Shown one piece after another: positions 1-9,892 of a DNA stretch of 30,410 nt (its first letter is position 1; each line of letters opens with the position of its first letter). Made by a program: the position numbers and the translations under genes. The DNA is from Pseudomonadota bacterium. Its GTDB lineage: Bacteria; UBA10199; 2-02-FULL-44-16; JAAZCA01. The notes under the pieces were generated by a model. The model was not told the DNA's origin, did no database searches, and worked only from the letters and a program-made list of their open reading frames with translations. The DNA is taken from assembly GCA_043798915.1 (NCBI GenBank), contig JAZDOG010000083.1, positions 1-30,410 of the forward strand, written 5' to 3'.

Positions 1-5
1 ACTCT

Positions 6-279
6 CGGTTCATCCCCACGCGCGTGGGGAACACGTTATGAAATCACTTGAAGACAGGATGCCGATCGGTTCATCCCCACGCGCGTGGGGAACACGACAG
101 TTATCTCCGCTTGGCATGGAATGGCAATCGGTTCATCCCCACGCGCGTGGGGAACACCCCCTTCCGTTTGTCCCCCTTTATTTAACTAGCGGTTCATCCC
201 CACGCGCGTGGGGAACACCCCAAGGACATCAAGGCCGTGGTCAATAACGACGGTTCATCCCCACGCGCGTGGGGAACAC
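6..279 (-). CRISPR. Type I-E CRISPR array, leader-proximal end; 5 repeats and 4 complete spacers visible, array probably continues beyond the window start
   Basis: Five identical 29-bp repeats CGGTTCATCCCCACGCGCGTGGGGAACAC at 6-34, 67-95, 129-157, 190-218 and 251-279 (minus strand GTGTTCCCCACGCGCGTGGGGATGAACCG, the E. coli-type I-E repeat with CCCCAC/GTGGGG stem). Unique spacers of 32, 33, 32 and 32 bp. Adjacent to cas2. Confidence 0.99.
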
Positions 280-344
280 TCTTCCTGCATCCCACTAATC
301 TACCACGTTATTTTATCATTTTTTCGATCCACCGCGTATTTTGT
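280..344 (-). promoter_or_regulatory. CRISPR leader (short, AT-rich)
   Basis: 65-bp AT-rich non-coding segment between the cas2 stop and the first repeat, the standard I-E arrangement. Confidence 0.8.
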
Positions 345-1535
<1,191 letters not shown>

Positions 1536-1539
<4 letters not shown>

Positions 1540-2363
1540 TTCTTTCCCTTCAACCTCTTTCGAGATTCCGGTTCCTTGAGATAATTTTCTCGGCTGGAAA
1601 CCCGTCGTCCCGTTTCCCGTTCGAGCTTCGTTCGCGCATCGCCGGCAATACGACCGCCCTTGTATGCCACGACCTTGTTCTCATCGAATCCCTTTGCGTC
1701 GTGTTTGCGTGCGATCTCGGTCGTGGCCGCTTCTCCCAGCATGGAAAAAATCAGCTCCAGATCGTTCATGTGATCGCGCAGGTTCTCGCGTTCAAGGCCC
1801 TTGAATTTTTTGTGCTCGTTTGGCGTCATGCCGAAGGCGGCCTTGCTGATCTCAGCCGTGAGGATGGCGTATTCGGGTTCATCCTTGACTCCGCGATTCT
1901 TCCACTCATCGGTCAGCTCGGCGCGGACCGCGATGCCGCGCATTCGTTTCTCGATCCACGCGTCCGAATACCCCTTGGCTCGGTAGAGGGCCTTGGTTCT
2001 CTTCGTAGCAAGCTCCGGGTCCTCGATCTCCTGGACCCGTTCGTAGCCGACCTTTGCCAGCCAGCGCTTAAACGGCTCGGCTTTGGGCGAGGGGATGGAC
2101 TGAATCAAACGAAAAACTCCCTCCGTATTTGCACAATTGAGTTTTTGGGGACCGCCAGAGGTTTCAATTGAAAGGGGGGTGGCAATTTGCCCCCACCCTT
2201 TGGCAAGTTCCTCATCCCGCCTCCGCATATCCTTCAGATACCCTTGAGGATCTGCCGAATCAGTCAGGGCAGACACGACATCCGCGATCACGAACCACCA
2301 CTCTTCCTGATGGAGCGTCCTGCGAATTTTCTTACCTTTGAAGACTGCAAGATGAGTTTGCAT
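1536..2363 (-). CDS. Bro-N domain (phage antirepressor-like) protein, copy 1, inside the cas operon
   Basis: 275 aa; IRR..H.EEWWFVIADVVSALTDS...LIQSIPSPKAEPFKRWLA is the Bro-N pattern. The stop overlaps the cas1 start (ATGA, 1536-1539). Confidence 0.9.
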
Positions 2364-2364
2364 A

Positions 2365-2430
2365 TCAATACCTCATAAGCGAGAGCATGCCGCAGACAAA
2401 AGCCTTGCCGGGGCCGATGCCGGAATTTCC
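2365..2430 (-). pseudogene. Relic 3' end of a second cas6e (Gly-rich loop)
   Basis: Immediately after the cas6 TGA and in the same frame it reads GNSGIGPGKAFVCGMLSLMRY*, matching the Cas6e C-terminal G-loop (GIG..KAFG.G.LS). Confidence 0.75.
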
Positions 2431-3105
2431 TCAGGCTATCGGCATCACCGACAGGAGTCCAAGTCCCATGACCTTGCCATGGCCGATGCCGGTCTGCAGC
2501 GCAGCCTTGAACTTGTCTGGTTCGGTAACCGCAAGCACTCCGTCATACAGCACCGAAAAAACCCGGATGCCATTACCCTCATGCTGTTTCCCGCCGAGCA
2601 TCTGCTCCTGAGAAACACGCACATCGACCTGCTCCTGGTGTGTCTTTGAAAGGTCAAGGGATGCCAGTTGCGGCAGGGAAAATCCGTGCTGCTCTCCTTT
2701 GCGCTTAATCCATTTTTCCTGCTCTTCCAGCCGCAGCAGCCCCAGTCGTTTACCCTCGCGTTTCACACAAGGGTTCGCGCGCAGTCTGAAACGAAAGCGC
2801 TGTTCGACCTTGAGTGAATCGAGCTTGAGCCGCTCCTTCAGATTGATGGCTGGATCAGCCTTTGCCAACCAGCCCTGCACGCCGATGCCAGTCCAGTCCG
2901 GGATCGCCCGGCTTTGCACAAGAATGCGCGGACACCCGGTGGAGTCGGTCTCCGGCTCAAGCCTCCACAAGATTTCGCCTTCAGGGCACTTCCTGTCGGG
3001 CTCGCAGAAAGCCCGACACAGAGTGGAATGAAACTGGTAGGGATCGGAAAGGTCGCGCCTGGCCTCTCGGCAACGTGGATCAAGATGAATTCTATGCAGG
3101 AACAT
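2431..3105 (-). CDS. cas6e: Cas6e (Cse3/CasE) crRNA-processing endoribonuclease
   Basis: 224 aa; DPYQFHSTL, RFRFRLRANP and C-terminal GIGHGKVMGLGLLS. Confidence 0.96.
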   Translation of the reverse strand: MFLHRIHLDPRCREARRDLSDPYQFHSTLCRAFCEPDRKCPEGEILWRLEPETDSTGCPRILVQSRAIPDWTGIGVQGWLAKADPAINLKERLKLDSLKVEQRFRFRLRANPCVKREGKRLGLLRLEEQEKWIKRKGEQHGFSLPQLASLDLSKTHQEQVDVRVSQEQMLGGKQHEGNGIRVFSVLYDGVLAVTEPDKFKAALQTGIGHGKVMGLGLLSVMPIA

Positions 3106-3790
3106 GAATCACCTCCTGGGGAAACGGGATCCACCCCGATCGCACGAACCGCGCTCCGAAGCGCCGTTCGGCAAACGACGACAACGGCTGGTCCATCTTG
3201 AGGACACCCGATCCGTCCTCGGACTCGAAGGAGACCAGCAGTTTCTCAGGGAGTTCTTCCCATCTCCGCTGCGAGGTGATCCACGGCCACCGTGTCAAAG
3301 CATCTCGCAACGGAACATCCTGCACGCCATGCTCAAGCCAGATCGATTCGGAGGGCACATAAGATTTTCGCCCCAAGGCCAAAGGCCAGACGGGGTCGCG
3401 CAGGGCAGCGTGAATTTGTTCCAGAAAAGAACGATCATCGCATTCCAGGCCCACAAGAAACGCCGCATCGGCGATGTAGAAGCGATCGGAAACAACGCCT
3501 CCATCCTTGGCTTGGGTTCCATCAGCCTTGATGATGGTGTCGGTTGCGGCACATCCCGCTGTTTGGTAGTCCCGCTTGGGCACCCCGGGCCGGTCGTGCC
3601 GAACGCCCATCGACAGGCGAGTGAGTGGTTCCAAATACGCCCAGTTCTCGCGGTCTATTCCCAGGGCGGCAGCCAGGAGTCCGACGACGCCAGACTTGCT
3701 CGGCTCCTTCCCGGTATCGCGTTGAGCAAAGCGACTGGTGGTTCCCCACGATTGCATCGGTCCCGCCAGGCGAAGCAGTAAAGTCGGCAT
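3092..3790 (-). CDS. cas5e: Cas5e (CasD)
   Basis: 232 aa; LLLRLAGPMQSWG...PSKSGVVGLLAAALG...LALGRKS. Confidence 0.96.
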   Translation of the reverse strand: MPTLLLRLAGPMQSWGTTSRFAQRDTGKEPSKSGVVGLLAAALGIDRENWAYLEPLTRLSMGVRHDRPGVPKRDYQTAGCAATDTIIKADGTQAKDGGVVSDRFYIADAAFLVGLECDDRSFLEQIHAALRDPVWPLALGRKSYVPSESIWLEHGVQDVPLRDALTRWPWITSQRRWEELPEKLLVSFESEDGSGVLKMDQPLSSFAERRFGARFVRSGWIPFPQEVIHVPA

Positions 3791-3793
3791 GGA

Positions 3794-4954
3794 TCACCCC
3801 TGTACGGCTGAAAGGGTCTTGTCGAGAATCTCTTTCAACGCTGGCACGGCTGTTCCGTATCCATCCAAATCGGCCTTAACGAGATTGAGCACGAAAGTTT
3901 CGCCCTCACCACCAAAAGCAGACTGCAAAGCTTTGGCCTTCTTAGCAAGCTCCTCTGCCGACTTTCTGGTCAGCGACTCACCTTTTTTCGTGAACACAGC
4001 TGTCTCAAAGGCATTAGCCAGGTTACGCGGTGCTGTGTTGCGGCGCACAGATACCGCGATAAACTCCGGAGGATTGTGGGCAGCAAAGGTGTTTTGCTTG
4101 CCGGTGGGTTCAGCCACTACGAAACCTTCCAGAAAGGCTCGTAGCCCCTTGGTCGCCAGTTCCGTATCATCTTGGAGATTTGCAACCAGCTTCTCCCAAT
4201 CCACCACGGCGTAACGGTAGAAGCATGCGGAATTGAACTCCACCGTGCCCATCATGTCAGCGCCAGCGGTATCCTCGGGCTTGAGATCATCCACGGCGGT
4301 ATAGAAGTCGAATTCGCGCTCTACAGAATGGGTCGAGATGGCGTGGGCCACCTGGCAAGCAGCATTCTGGTTCTTCTCTGGCATGTCGGCCAGCATGCGT
4401 CCGAAGAGCGCCACATCCACAGCTTTGCCTCCGTTGAAAACTTTATCGAGAGCTTTCTTCAACTCGGGATCAGCATTCTGGGCGGCTTGCTTTTTGGCTT
4501 TGCCCGGTTTTTTCCCCTCGGCTGGAGCCGTATCGGATGCGACAATGGAATCCCACTTATCGTTGATAATGTTGGTTATGCTGGAGACCTCTCGTTGCCC
4601 CAAAAACAGAAGATACTCACTTTTCCCGTCATCCTTCACCGTAAGCTCCATGGACGCCAATGCCAGGCGAGCCTTGTCAGATGCTTCAGTTTCGGCCCGC
4701 CCCTTTGCGACCAGGGATTTGGTGAGGGCATCCAAAACGCGTTTGGTGCGGACAGCAACATCATCCGATGCCAGGGCGTTTTGTTCCACCAGACCCGTGA
4801 AGTGCTGGCGTACCGCTCGTTTGATACACTGGCTGGACACGCGGGCGCGACGAGTGCCACCGAAAAGAGCATCTTTCGGAGCACCCGTGTCGTCGCGGTT
4901 CAGGTTCGACGGGGCAAAGTTCTGCAAGGCATGAATCTCGATAATTGTTTTCAT
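3794..4954 (-). CDS. cas7e: Cas7 (Cse4/CasC) backbone subunit
   Basis: IHALQNFAPSNLNRDDTGAPKDALFGGTRRARVSSQ, VALFGRM and PTGKQNTFAA. Start taken at ATG 4954, which is preceded by AAGGAG. Confidence 0.97.
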   Translation of the reverse strand: MKTIIEIHALQNFAPSNLNRDDTGAPKDALFGGTRRARVSSQCIKRAVRQHFTGLVEQNALASDDVAVRTKRVLDALTKSLVAKGRAETEASDKARLALASMELTVKDDGKSEYLLFLGQREVSSITNIINDKWDSIVASDTAPAEGKKPGKAKKQAAQNADPELKKALDKVFNGGKAVDVALFGRMLADMPEKNQNAACQVAHAISTHSVEREFDFYTAVDDLKPEDTAGADMMGTVEFNSACFYRYAVVDWEKLVANLQDDTELATKGLRAFLEGFVVAEPTGKQNTFAAHNPPEFIAVSVRRNTAPRNLANAFETAVFTKKGESLTRKSAEELAKKAKALQSAFGGEGETFVLNLVKADLDGYGTAVPALKEILDKTLSAVQG

Positions 4955-4968
4955 TCGCTGATCTCCTT

Positions 4969-5469
4969 TTAGGTTTGGCATTCTGTAGCTGTTTCATGAT
5001 CCAGGTTTCGGTAGAAGTCGCGTGCCCAGGCATTCTGAGTGCGTTTCTGATCGTCGTTCCAGTACAAAAGCCCCTTCAACAAGTCGTCGAAGTCGATGGT
5101 TTGCTCCTTGAGAAGGGCAATCATCTGACGCAAGCGGTGTGGCAACTGGTCGGGATCGGCGTCAAGTAGAGTGATGAAACGCCGCTCGGTACTAGTTGAG
5201 ACGCTGGTTTCCTGATGGGTTGCAGCCGCTTTCCCTATTTTCATCTGGACACTCGATCGACCTTTCCGCCAGTGTGCGGCCCAGACACCGGCCACCAAAT
5301 AGAGCATTTGCCGTCGCCAGGAATTGTCCGCATCCTTTATAAATGGTTCAACATAGGGATACGCAGGCACGAAGGTTCCGGGATCAAATGCAAGGCTTCG
5401 TCGCAGCGCCGCTCTGACTTTGGTGTCCTTTTCGTTCACGATTTTCAGCCATTCAATGAATCCGCTCAT
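4969..5469 (-). CDS. casB: Cas11 (Cse2/CasB) small subunit
   Basis: 166 aa helical protein; RAALRRSL, ERRFITLLDAD..L..RLRQ, WARDFY. Position between cas8e and cas7. Confidence 0.93.
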   Translation of the reverse strand: MSGFIEWLKIVNEKDTKVRAALRRSLAFDPGTFVPAYPYVEPFIKDADNSWRRQMLYLVAGVWAAHWRKGRSSVQMKIGKAAATHQETSVSTSTERRFITLLDADPDQLPHRLRQMIALLKEQTIDFDDLLKGLLYWNDDQKRTQNAWARDFYRNLDHETATECQT

Positions 5470-6983
5470 GCGACCTCCTTCCCTGGTTCAAGTTTCACAA
5501 TCTCATCATTCAGCTCCTTCAGCTTGCGCCGCATCGGCCCTTCGGCTTTCACGAGGGCACGGATAGCCCAGGCATCGCCCATGGAGACTGATGCGCTATG
5601 CAGTTCCCACGCCTTCTTCAAAGTGCCTCGCACCGACTTCAACCACTGACAACGGATATTCTCGGAATCACGGTCGAGAGTGTACTCGCGCAGGATTTCG
5701 TGAAAGCGAAATTCAAGGGTGGACCAGTACCAGGCGTTCAGCGACATCTGCTTCACGAATCCAGAAATGTCTTTTTTTTCAAGTTTCCGGTCCCCTCGGC
5801 TCAACAAATTTCGCGCGAATGAACTACAGGCATCGTATAGTGATTTTTGGGCATCTTCTGCGTCTTCGAGGATATGCCGGATATCCGTCCGGATAAAACG
5901 ATCTCCCGCTAGGACTGAGGGCAAGGCGAAGCGCTCCATACGCCAGAACTCCAAATTAGCGTTTGGTGGATTATATCTCAAACCAAGCACCAGAACCGAT
6001 TCCGGCATTAAACCCACTTTATTCCCTGCCAAGCGGAGCGCATTCTGAACTGTCATGGGAGCGAGATTGCTACTGTCGGGAAGCAAGGAGTCAAAGTTCC
6101 TCCATGTTCCCCGATCCTCTTTGAACTGAACAGGTAGTATCCCGTAAGTTTCATCTGTCCTGTAGGGCTGCATCGGATCAGGATTTTTCGATGGGTTCTC
6201 AAAACCCTGTCCGGCAACAAATCTCGTAACTGCCACATCATCCGAGGGTAGTTCCTCAAGCAGGATCATCCGAGACTGCCATGAGTAGAGGTCTGCATAT
6301 CCAGATGCCATCTGCTTTGGGATGCCGAGGGGAAGCGTCTTTGGTTCACGCTCCCACAATGCTGAATCCCCGCGCATCACATCCCGATTAGGATAAGGAA
6401 CCAGACTGTAGCAGAGTGTTTCATGGAGACTCCGGCCCAATGGAATGCACATCATCGCATTCGGGGATGGCGACGGATAATAGCCTCTGCCGCCGCTGAT
6501 CGAAAAACTCATGGTTGAGAGCAGCCAACGAGCACATTCTTTCAGCTCCCGAGCGCCGGGCTTTTTGGTGTCGGTGTGATCAAAGAGAACCTTGTTCGAC
6601 GTCGCATTGTATTCAGCCGTTAGCTTGGTCCAGGGTTCGATTTCATCCTTCGGAATATTCGGATTTTGTACAAACGGATACTTCTCATCGAACAGCCAGA
6701 ACCGATCTCGCCACTTTTCCAAGTAAGCCGTGATTTTTTCACCCGGCAGCCCTGAGTTGAATAACGCCTTCGCCTGATCAATATCGGTCGGCCCTTTCAA
6801 GGCGCGATACAATACCGCAAGCAGAAAGCGATGCAGGGAGGCCACCACCAGCGGCGATGGATCTTCGATCGCCGTGATCTCTTTGGATCTCAGCATGGTA
6901 TCGCGGATACCCAGTTCGTCGCGGGTTCCATCAGGGAACCGCACAGGGATCCATTTCTCATCGATCAGGTTGAATCGGCTCAT
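5466..6983 (-). CDS. casA: Cas8e (Cse1/CasA) large subunit
   Basis: 505 aa; FNLIDEKWIPV, RFLLAVLYRA, RFWLFDEKYPF.Q. ATGA overlaps with both neighbours. Confidence 0.95.
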   Translation of the reverse strand: MSRFNLIDEKWIPVRFPDGTRDELGIRDTMLRSKEITAIEDPSPLVVASLHRFLLAVLYRALKGPTDIDQAKALFNSGLPGEKITAYLEKWRDRFWLFDEKYPFVQNPNIPKDEIEPWTKLTAEYNATSNKVLFDHTDTKKPGARELKECARWLLSTMSFSISGGRGYYPSPSPNAMMCIPLGRSLHETLCYSLVPYPNRDVMRGDSALWEREPKTLPLGIPKQMASGYADLYSWQSRMILLEELPSDDVAVTRFVAGQGFENPSKNPDPMQPYRTDETYGILPVQFKEDRGTWRNFDSLLPDSSNLAPMTVQNALRLAGNKVGLMPESVLVLGLRYNPPNANLEFWRMERFALPSVLAGDRFIRTDIRHILEDAEDAQKSLYDACSSFARNLLSRGDRKLEKKDISGFVKQMSLNAWYWSTLEFRFHEILREYTLDRDSENIRCQWLKSVRGTLKKAWELHSASVSMGDAWAIRALVKAEGPMRRKLKELNDEIVKLEPGKEVA

Positions 6984-9685
6984 CCGATCTCCTTTGATTC
7001 GTACACTACGCCCAAATCGTCATCCAGTAGCACGGTGGAGTCCTCCGTCCAACGGCCGTCTGCATTCAGGGCCATCTGGAAGCAGTTGCGCAATAGCGGA
7101 GATTTCTTCCAGCCTTCAGGCACACCCAGCGCCTTAAGTTTCCTGACCACACCTTTGCGCGAAAGGCTCACGGCTCGCAAGAACCATTGTTTGGCCTGAC
7201 CAAAATCCGGCGTTGCTTCAGGACGGAATCCGTCTTCCGCCAATAACGGTACAGCTATAATCGAGTCTGCACCAAGCCTGGTCTGGGCCATGAGGGTTCG
7301 ATGTACACCGGGTTCATCTTCGTCATAAAGAACGAATCTCTCTGGCTGATTCCACGATGCATCGTCGGGAAAACCAATGATCGCATGGTTCGCCTGCCCC
7401 CTAAGGGCGATGGTTTCTCCGTCTTCTGTCGCCATGGCATTCTCCAGCCGCACCCGCAGGGATTCCGGCACGTCCACTTGCTCTTCGTAGACCGCCTGCA
7501 CCAAGTTGTCGATATCGTCCGGCAACGTCAGGTTCTGTCTTGAGCGCAAAAGACTCCATGTGCGCAACAGAATATCCTCGCGGTACACCGCTCCCCACCA
7601 GAGAGGTTTCCCGAATGAAGGCGGCTCATCGCCAGCAAGACCTGCCACCAGCAAAATCGGTTCGGGAATGGGCCTGAAATCCCGAGAGTGCCGCCACAAG
7701 CGCCCCGCTCGCTGGAGCACAAGATCAATTGGTGCAAGGTCGGTTGCGATCAGGTCGAAGTCGAGATCAAGGCTCTGTTCAGCCACCTGAGTGGCGATGA
7801 GTATTTTTCGACCGGTCCGACCCCCTCCTTCCCCGAAGGTCTCCAATACGTGATCCTCGCGTGGCTGCCGTCGCTCGGCCGGAAAGCGAGCGTGAAAGAG
7901 AAACACTTCTGTCCCATCGGAGAGGCGCTTGCCGATACGCTGACCTTCGCGTTCCAGCGACTCACCTTCGGGGAAAAGCCGATACAAATTCTGGGCACGC
8001 TGCACGGTATTGACAAGCGCCAACCCCATTCCACCACTGACAAGATGCTCCTCCAAGGCAGAGCGCATGGCTGACAGATCCGTTGGAATCCCTCGGAGTT
8101 GCAGAGTCCGGCGGCGAGCAGGGTCGGTCCCAAAATGTGACTGTTCCACCACACCAGGATAAAAGACGGAAAGACGGGGATATTCCTTCTCTTGTTCCGG
8201 TAGCTGTGCATTTACCACTTCTGCCAACTTTCGTCGAATAGAAGGCGACAGTGTCGCTGAGAGAAGCACCACCGATGAACCCAATGCCAGGAGCCAGCGC
8301 AGCAGGTGAACCAGGAGCGTGCCCGTATAGGCATCATATGCGTGGATCTCATCGAAGACTACCACACGGTTCGCAAGGCCCCAGAGACGCACGAAGTTAT
8401 GGCGCACAGGCAAAATGGGCAGCAAGGCTTGATCCACAGTTCCCACACCGTATTCCGAGAGAAGCGCTCGTTTCTTTTGTGTAAACCATTCGCCAGCGCG
8501 GATCTCACCACCCGTTGTCGGATCGTAGATGCCCGAAAGGCGAAGATTCTGAAAAGTGTCGTTGAGGAGTGCCGCACCATGCAGCAATTGCAGATCGAGC
8601 TTTCGGTCTGCTCCTTGGAGACGCAAGAATTTGAGGGTTCGCTTGAACATGGCATTGCCGGTCGCCTTGGTTGGCAGGGCTATATATAAACCGCGATGCC
8701 CGAAATGTCGCTGCAACTCCAGATATGCTAAGAAGGCCGCCTCGGTCTTGCCTTCTCCCATCGGCGCTTCCACAAGCAGGATGGCTGGTGCCTGTAAATC
8801 AGTCAGAGCGTCGGCAACCGCCTGCTGCAATGGGCGGGGGGCGAAGCCAAAAACTTGTTCGAAAGACTTCGACGTCGAAGAAAGCGGGATTCGCTGTTCC
8901 CAACCGATGGCGTCAAGGGCTTGGTCGGCAGTGGCTCTTCGCTTATCGAACCATTCCGGCAAATTTTCACACTCATCAGGAGTGCCGAAGGAAAACCACT
9001 CTTCGTTGGATCCTATCCAGTCGGCAAAACTCGTGAGCCCCGACAACAACATGAAATCAGGGCCGGAGAGTTTTTGTCTCGTAGGTGCCCTGCCGGGTTT
9101 GAAAACATCCAGCAATGCTTCCACAAGACTTCGGCGTGCTTCAGTCCAATCATCCTTCCCCAGAGCACGCCTATCGCCCATGAGATGATCGAGGACGTTT
9201 GGAGAAGCGCGACTCCCGTGGTGACACCCCACTGCATCGGCCACCAGCGCAGTCAATTCATCTGGCCAACCCTGTTTCTGTAACATTTCTGTCAGGGCAA
9301 TCTGGCTCACGAAGGCGTGATTAATATTGATGTTAGGGCTTCGAGGTATTTGCAAGCCAGTCAAGGGGGCCTCCGGCCATTTGCACTGAAAACCCGGACA
9401 AGCCTTCCCCAGATCATGGCAGGCCATCACGAACAAGAGCCATGGTCGGGCGTCCTCCCAATCGATCCCAAGGCATGCGGCCATCCTTTTACGAGTCGAT
9501 TCTGGTTCACGCGTAAGGATGGCATCCGCACTGGCGGCCACATCCAGCATATGGAGAATAAGTGGATGCCATCCCATTTCACAGCTCTTGGCCGTCTTCG
9601 CCCAAAGATTTGTCAGCTGCCACTTATCGGGCGGATCGCTTGATAGGCTGCGGGCGTAGAAGCGTTTTGGATCGTCTGATGGCAT
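6980..9685 (-). CDS. cas3: Cas3 HD nuclease-SF2 helicase
   Basis: 901 aa; WAK..WHPL..HMLDV, HDLGK (HD), APMGEGKT (Walker A), DEIH, SAT, ATQVAEQSLDLDFD and QRAGRLWRH. Confidence 0.98.
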   Translation of the reverse strand: MPSDDPKRFYARSLSSDPPDKWQLTNLWAKTAKSCEMGWHPLILHMLDVAASADAILTREPESTRKRMAACLGIDWEDARPWLLFVMACHDLGKACPGFQCKWPEAPLTGLQIPRSPNININHAFVSQIALTEMLQKQGWPDELTALVADAVGCHHGSRASPNVLDHLMGDRRALGKDDWTEARRSLVEALLDVFKPGRAPTRQKLSGPDFMLLSGLTSFADWIGSNEEWFSFGTPDECENLPEWFDKRRATADQALDAIGWEQRIPLSSTSKSFEQVFGFAPRPLQQAVADALTDLQAPAILLVEAPMGEGKTEAAFLAYLELQRHFGHRGLYIALPTKATGNAMFKRTLKFLRLQGADRKLDLQLLHGAALLNDTFQNLRLSGIYDPTTGGEIRAGEWFTQKKRALLSEYGVGTVDQALLPILPVRHNFVRLWGLANRVVVFDEIHAYDAYTGTLLVHLLRWLLALGSSVVLLSATLSPSIRRKLAEVVNAQLPEQEKEYPRLSVFYPGVVEQSHFGTDPARRRTLQLRGIPTDLSAMRSALEEHLVSGGMGLALVNTVQRAQNLYRLFPEGESLEREGQRIGKRLSDGTEVFLFHARFPAERRQPREDHVLETFGEGGGRTGRKILIATQVAEQSLDLDFDLIATDLAPIDLVLQRAGRLWRHSRDFRPIPEPILLVAGLAGDEPPSFGKPLWWGAVYREDILLRTWSLLRSRQNLTLPDDIDNLVQAVYEEQVDVPESLRVRLENAMATEDGETIALRGQANHAIIGFPDDASWNQPERFVLYDEDEPGVHRTLMAQTRLGADSIIAVPLLAEDGFRPEATPDFGQAKQWFLRAVSLSRKGVVRKLKALGVPEGWKKSPLLRNCFQMALNADGRWTEDSTVLLDDDLGVVYESKEIG

Positions 9686-9816
9686 AGTAGCCGGCCTCTT
9701 TTGTCTCTGCCCTTTACATCAACCCTCTGTCATCCGGGGCCATATGCCGCGGACTGCCCGGCGTCCGCCCCGATCCGCTTGAGGCGGAGCACCATCCCGC
9801 CTGCCATTTCAATAAT

Positions 9817-9865
9817 CACACCCTCCGTTCACATTGCAACGGCCGATTTGGGAGTGGAAAAGGCG
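9817..9865. promoter_or_regulatory. Copy A of a duplicated palindromic motif (core CCGTTCACATTGCAACGG at 9825-9842) in the divergent cas3/helicase intergenic region
   Basis: The 18-bp core is identical to 15343-15360, with shared flanks CACACC and GGAAAAGGCG. CCGTT/AACGG inverted arms; contains TTGCAA (-35-like). The regulatory role is inferred. Confidence 0.6.
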
Positions 9866-9892
9866 CGTTGGACGCGCTATGAGGCGGCTTCA

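Noticed and set aside
219..250. Possible self-targeting of spacer 4 to the helicase 5' end (shared CAAGGACATC near 9907-9916)
   Set aside because: Only 10 contiguous bases match and the flanks diverge; expected by chance.
280..344. IHF site in the CRISPR leader
   Set aside because: The best candidates (AATCTACCACGTTA, TATCATTTTTTCG) fit WATCARNNNNTTR only with mismatches or altered spacing.
2431..2433. Selenocysteine recoding of the cas6 TGA
   Set aside because: Cas6e is already complete at this stop and I could not identify a convincing SECIS; a relic gene tail explains the open frame more simply.
9701..9892. 64-aa N-terminal extension of the helicase from TTG 9701
   Set aside because: It would fill the divergent promoter region and has no helicase similarity; ATG 9893/9899 has a GAGG RBS.
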